64,000 nucleotides of DNA. Origin: the human T2T-CHM13v2.0 reference genome, Homo sapiens. The translations under genes and the position numbers were made by a program. The stretch lies in the NCBI RefSeq assembly GCF_009914755.1, contig NC_060937.1; one strand, 5' to 3'. The notes below the pieces were generated by a model. The model was not told the DNA's origin and made no database searches. It saw only the letters and a program-made list of their open reading frames with translations. Of the stretch, positions 60,911 to 64,000 are shown in pieces. Numbering within the stretch: position 1 is the stretch's first letter; each line of letters begins with the position of its first letter.

Positions 60911-61270
60911 CATGGAATACTACTGAGCCACAAAAAGGAATGAAATAATGGCATTCACAGCAAGCTGGAGTTGGAGACCATTATTCTAAGTGAAGTAACT
61001 CAGAAATAAAAAACCAAATATTGTATGTTCTTTCTTATAACTGGGAGCTAAGCTATGGGGATCCAAAGGCATAAGAATGATATAATAAATTTTGGGAACT
61101 GGAGGGGATGGTGGGTGGGGAATAAAAGACTACACATTGGGTGCAGTGTATACTGCTCAGGTGACAGGTACACCAAAATCTCAGAAATTACCACTAAAGA
61201 ATTTATCCATGTAACCAAAAACCATCTGTTCCCCCAAAACTATTGAAATTAAAAATAATAATAATGATAA
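60911..61270 (+). mobile_element. L1PB (PB1/PB2-like) 3' end
   Basis: CCATTATTCTAAGTGAAGTAACTCAG...CACCAAAATCTCAGAAATTACCACTAAAGAA...CAAAACTATTGAAAT followed by an A-rich tail. Confidence 0.85.
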
Positions 61271-61970
61271 ATAAAGGAGGAGGTATACAGGGGAATATTC
61301 AGAGTTCTTTTGGGCCTCTTAAATTTCAGACGCCTGTTATACAACTGAGTAAAGATGCAGAGGACGTAGTTGAACATGCCAGTCTGAGACTCAAAAGAAA
61401 ATTCAAGCTAAAGACACAAATGTTGGCATTATCAGCAAATAGATGATATCAAAGCATCAGGAGTGTATCTATCATCTAGGAAATCAATGTTCACAGAAAG
61501 GTGAAAAGGTCCAGTGACTGAGCTCTGAAACATTCTAATAGGTAGAGATCAAGAAGAGGAGGATGATCTGGAAAAGGAGTAGAGAATGAGTGGTCTACCA
61601 AAGAGGAAAAAAAACCAACAGGGTCAACAGGGTGCAGCCAAATGCCAGATAGTGTTTCCAGAAGAAGGGAGAAACCAACAGGTCCAAATTCTGCTGGTAG
61701 ACTGAGTAAATGAGCACTGAGAATTGTCCAGTGGACTTGGCAGCGGGACAGTCCTCAGTGTTCTTGATGAAAGTAGTCACAACAGAGTGCTAAATGCAAA
61801 AGACAGATTTGAAAAGTTTTAAGAAATAACGTGGGATGAAAAGTGAAGAAAGCAAATATAGACAACTGAAGAAACTTCTCCATAAAAGGGAAGAGAGACA
61901 GGGAAGTGTAGCTATATGGGGGATCAGGATTCAAGGCAGGAATTTTTTTTTTAAGAAAATGGAGATTATT

Positions 61971-62278
61971 GGCTGGGCACGCTGGCTCAAGCCTGTAATC
62001 CCAGCACTTTGGGAGGCTGAGGCTGGTGGATCACCTAAGGGTAGGAGTTCAAGACCAGCCTGACCAATATGGTAAAACCCCATCTCTACTAAAAATACAA
62101 AAATTAGCCAGGCGGGGTGGTGGTGCCTGTAGTCCCAGCTACTCAGGAGGCTGAGACAGGAGAATTTCTTGAATCGGGGAGACAGAGATTGCAGTGAGCC
62201 GAGATCGGGCCACTACACTCCAGCCTGGGTGACAGAGTGAGACTCCATATCAAATAAATAAGTAAATAAATAAATAAT
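61971..62278 (+). mobile_element. AluS with (TAAA)n tail
   Basis: Alu dimer; TSD AAAATGGAGA(-/c)TTATT. Confidence 0.95.
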
Positions 62279-62944
62279 AAAATGGAGACTATTATGCCAT
62301 GATGTATAGTTACATAAATTCTACTGCAACAGAGGGAAAAAGTGATGATGCAAGAGTCTTCAGGTAGGTATGAAGGTCTAGGATCCAGTGCCCTGAGGTG
62401 GAGTTGGCCTGAGTTAGGAGAAGGGATAGTTTATCCACTGCAACAAGAGGAAGCACAGGGTGCTTGGTATGGATACACATGGGTGGGTTGAGTAGAAGGG
62501 GAATGTGGAAGTTCCTTTCTGATCGCTTCCATTTTCTCAGTGACAGAAGAAACAAGGTCTTTAGTTGAGCATGAGTACGGAAAAGAGAGTGTAAAAATTA
62601 GAGGAGATCAGAGTGAGTGTAAAATAGCCGTCTGGAAGGGTGGGAGGCAGGAACTACAGCCATATTTAAGAAGAGAAGTTATCGAGACTGGGAATGAAAC
62701 AAAGATTGTGAATTCACGATTCACCAAGGAGACATTTACAACAAGAAGATGTGAGAGGCATAGGGAAGCAAACTGAGTGCCAGAACAAGAAGGAGGATGG
62801 CCTTCTTATGCTCAAGTCCATCACAAGGCTGCCTGTCTAGGGACAGAACTTTAGCTCTGCTTCCTATAAGCAGTTAAAATTCTAGGGTGCTATTGAGCCC
62901 TTGGATGTGCTAACATGATGACTTAATAAAATGTCTTTCACATG

Positions 62945-63190
62945 AAGAGGCACTATGGCACCACAGAAAATGATGAGGCTTGGGAGTCAGATGGACAGGG
63001 TTCAAACTCAATCTCAGTGACTTGCCTGTCAAATGATGCTATTGGATCCATTACTTGTTTTTTTCTGAAATTCAGGTCCCTTATTTACAAAGTAAAGATG
63101 TTAATATCTCCTTTTGAAGATTGCTGTGATAATGAGAGATAACGATAAAGTATCTTACAGAGTACAAGTAAAATTACTAAGTTAAGTGTT
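62945..63190 (+). mobile_element. MIR SINE
   Basis: GGCTTGGGAGTCAGA...GGGTTCAAACTC...GATTGCTGTGATAATGAG. Confidence 0.65.
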
Positions 63191-64000
63191 TGGACCTCTC
63201 TTTAAACGTGTCAGCTCAAACATATGCATTTATCTTCACTCTCTCCAAAAATCACACTAAAGCAACAGTAAAGAATAAAAAAAATCAGAAATACGCAGGG
63301 ACAAAGATAATAGGAGAGAAGAAAAGAGCATACCAGATCACGTCAAATTTTGAAATGTAAAAGTTTTTCCACGTGTTTAATCTGACATATAGGAGTTAAA
63401 ACCTGCATATCTTCTAATAATAAGAAGCAAGATGTCTTCAGTCACAGAGCCCCAGAAAGACTCCGTAATTGGAGGTATGAAATACTTATCAAGTGGAGGT
63501 GAAAAACAGGGCTGAAAAAGGGGCAATCAGTGAAAAGCCTAAATAACATATCTCTATTATGTGAAGTCAAATGACCACCCCTCCCAATTTCTCAAGAAAG
63601 CTTATTGGAGAACATGAAATTTGGGAAAATTGAATAAAAAAGCTACAGGTGAGGGGGTTGTTTTGGTTTGGTTTTTTGTTCAGGGTGCTAAATAGTACTG
63701 AAAATTGATAACAAACCAAGTCAGCCTAATTTACAGTCTCGAAGTTAGGTGACATTATATTAAACAGATGATCAACCATCAAAATTACTACAGCAGTGTT
63801 TATTTTCCAGATCACATTTTGTAGTCTTTGAAATGTCAGATATGCACTCCCACTGAGAGGCAAATGTGGATATACATATGCAAGGATGTCATCAACATGG
63901 AGAAGATTGAAAGCAAATGTGCAAGGACTCATTACAGATTTAATCCTTCCAACAATTCTGATTAAACAAGGGACCGACAGGTTGTTTGATTCTGAGGATT

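Larger units (their letters stand above)
60345..62700 (-). mobile_element. Long degraded L2, interrupted by an L1PB and an Alu
   Basis: TCATTCAA...AGGCACTGGGGATACAG...CCCTGCTCTCATGGAGCTTACATTCT; CAGGATTTGCTAATGGATTGGATGTGG; purine-rich body. Confidence 0.8.

Overview
This window is AT-rich primate (probably human or great-ape) non-coding DNA, intronic or intergenic. A large share of it is recognisable transposable-element debris: about 21 Alus, L1s of several ages, L2/MIR, MaLR and ERVL LTRs, a decayed ERVL provirus, and Tigger/hAT/Mariner DNA transposons. I found no intact protein-coding gene, RNA gene, CpG island or CRISPR-like array. The listed ORFs are Alu/L1/LTR read-throughs or chance ORFs. 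I found no convincing new biological system. The most interesting signals are local rearrangement footprints: (1) a ~160-bp segment present twice 2.9 kb apart, one copy interrupting an old L1; (2) two L1 5'-inversions of very different ages; (3) a young, 5'-truncated AluY with a perfect 16-bp TSD; (4) a fold-back hairpin at an Alu deletion junction; (5) a perfect NF-kB site inside a MaLR LTR; (6) a unique ETS/PU.1-motif-bearing, enhancer-like stretch. Repeat subfamily names come from recalled consensus sequences and need confirming with RepeatMasker/Dfam.
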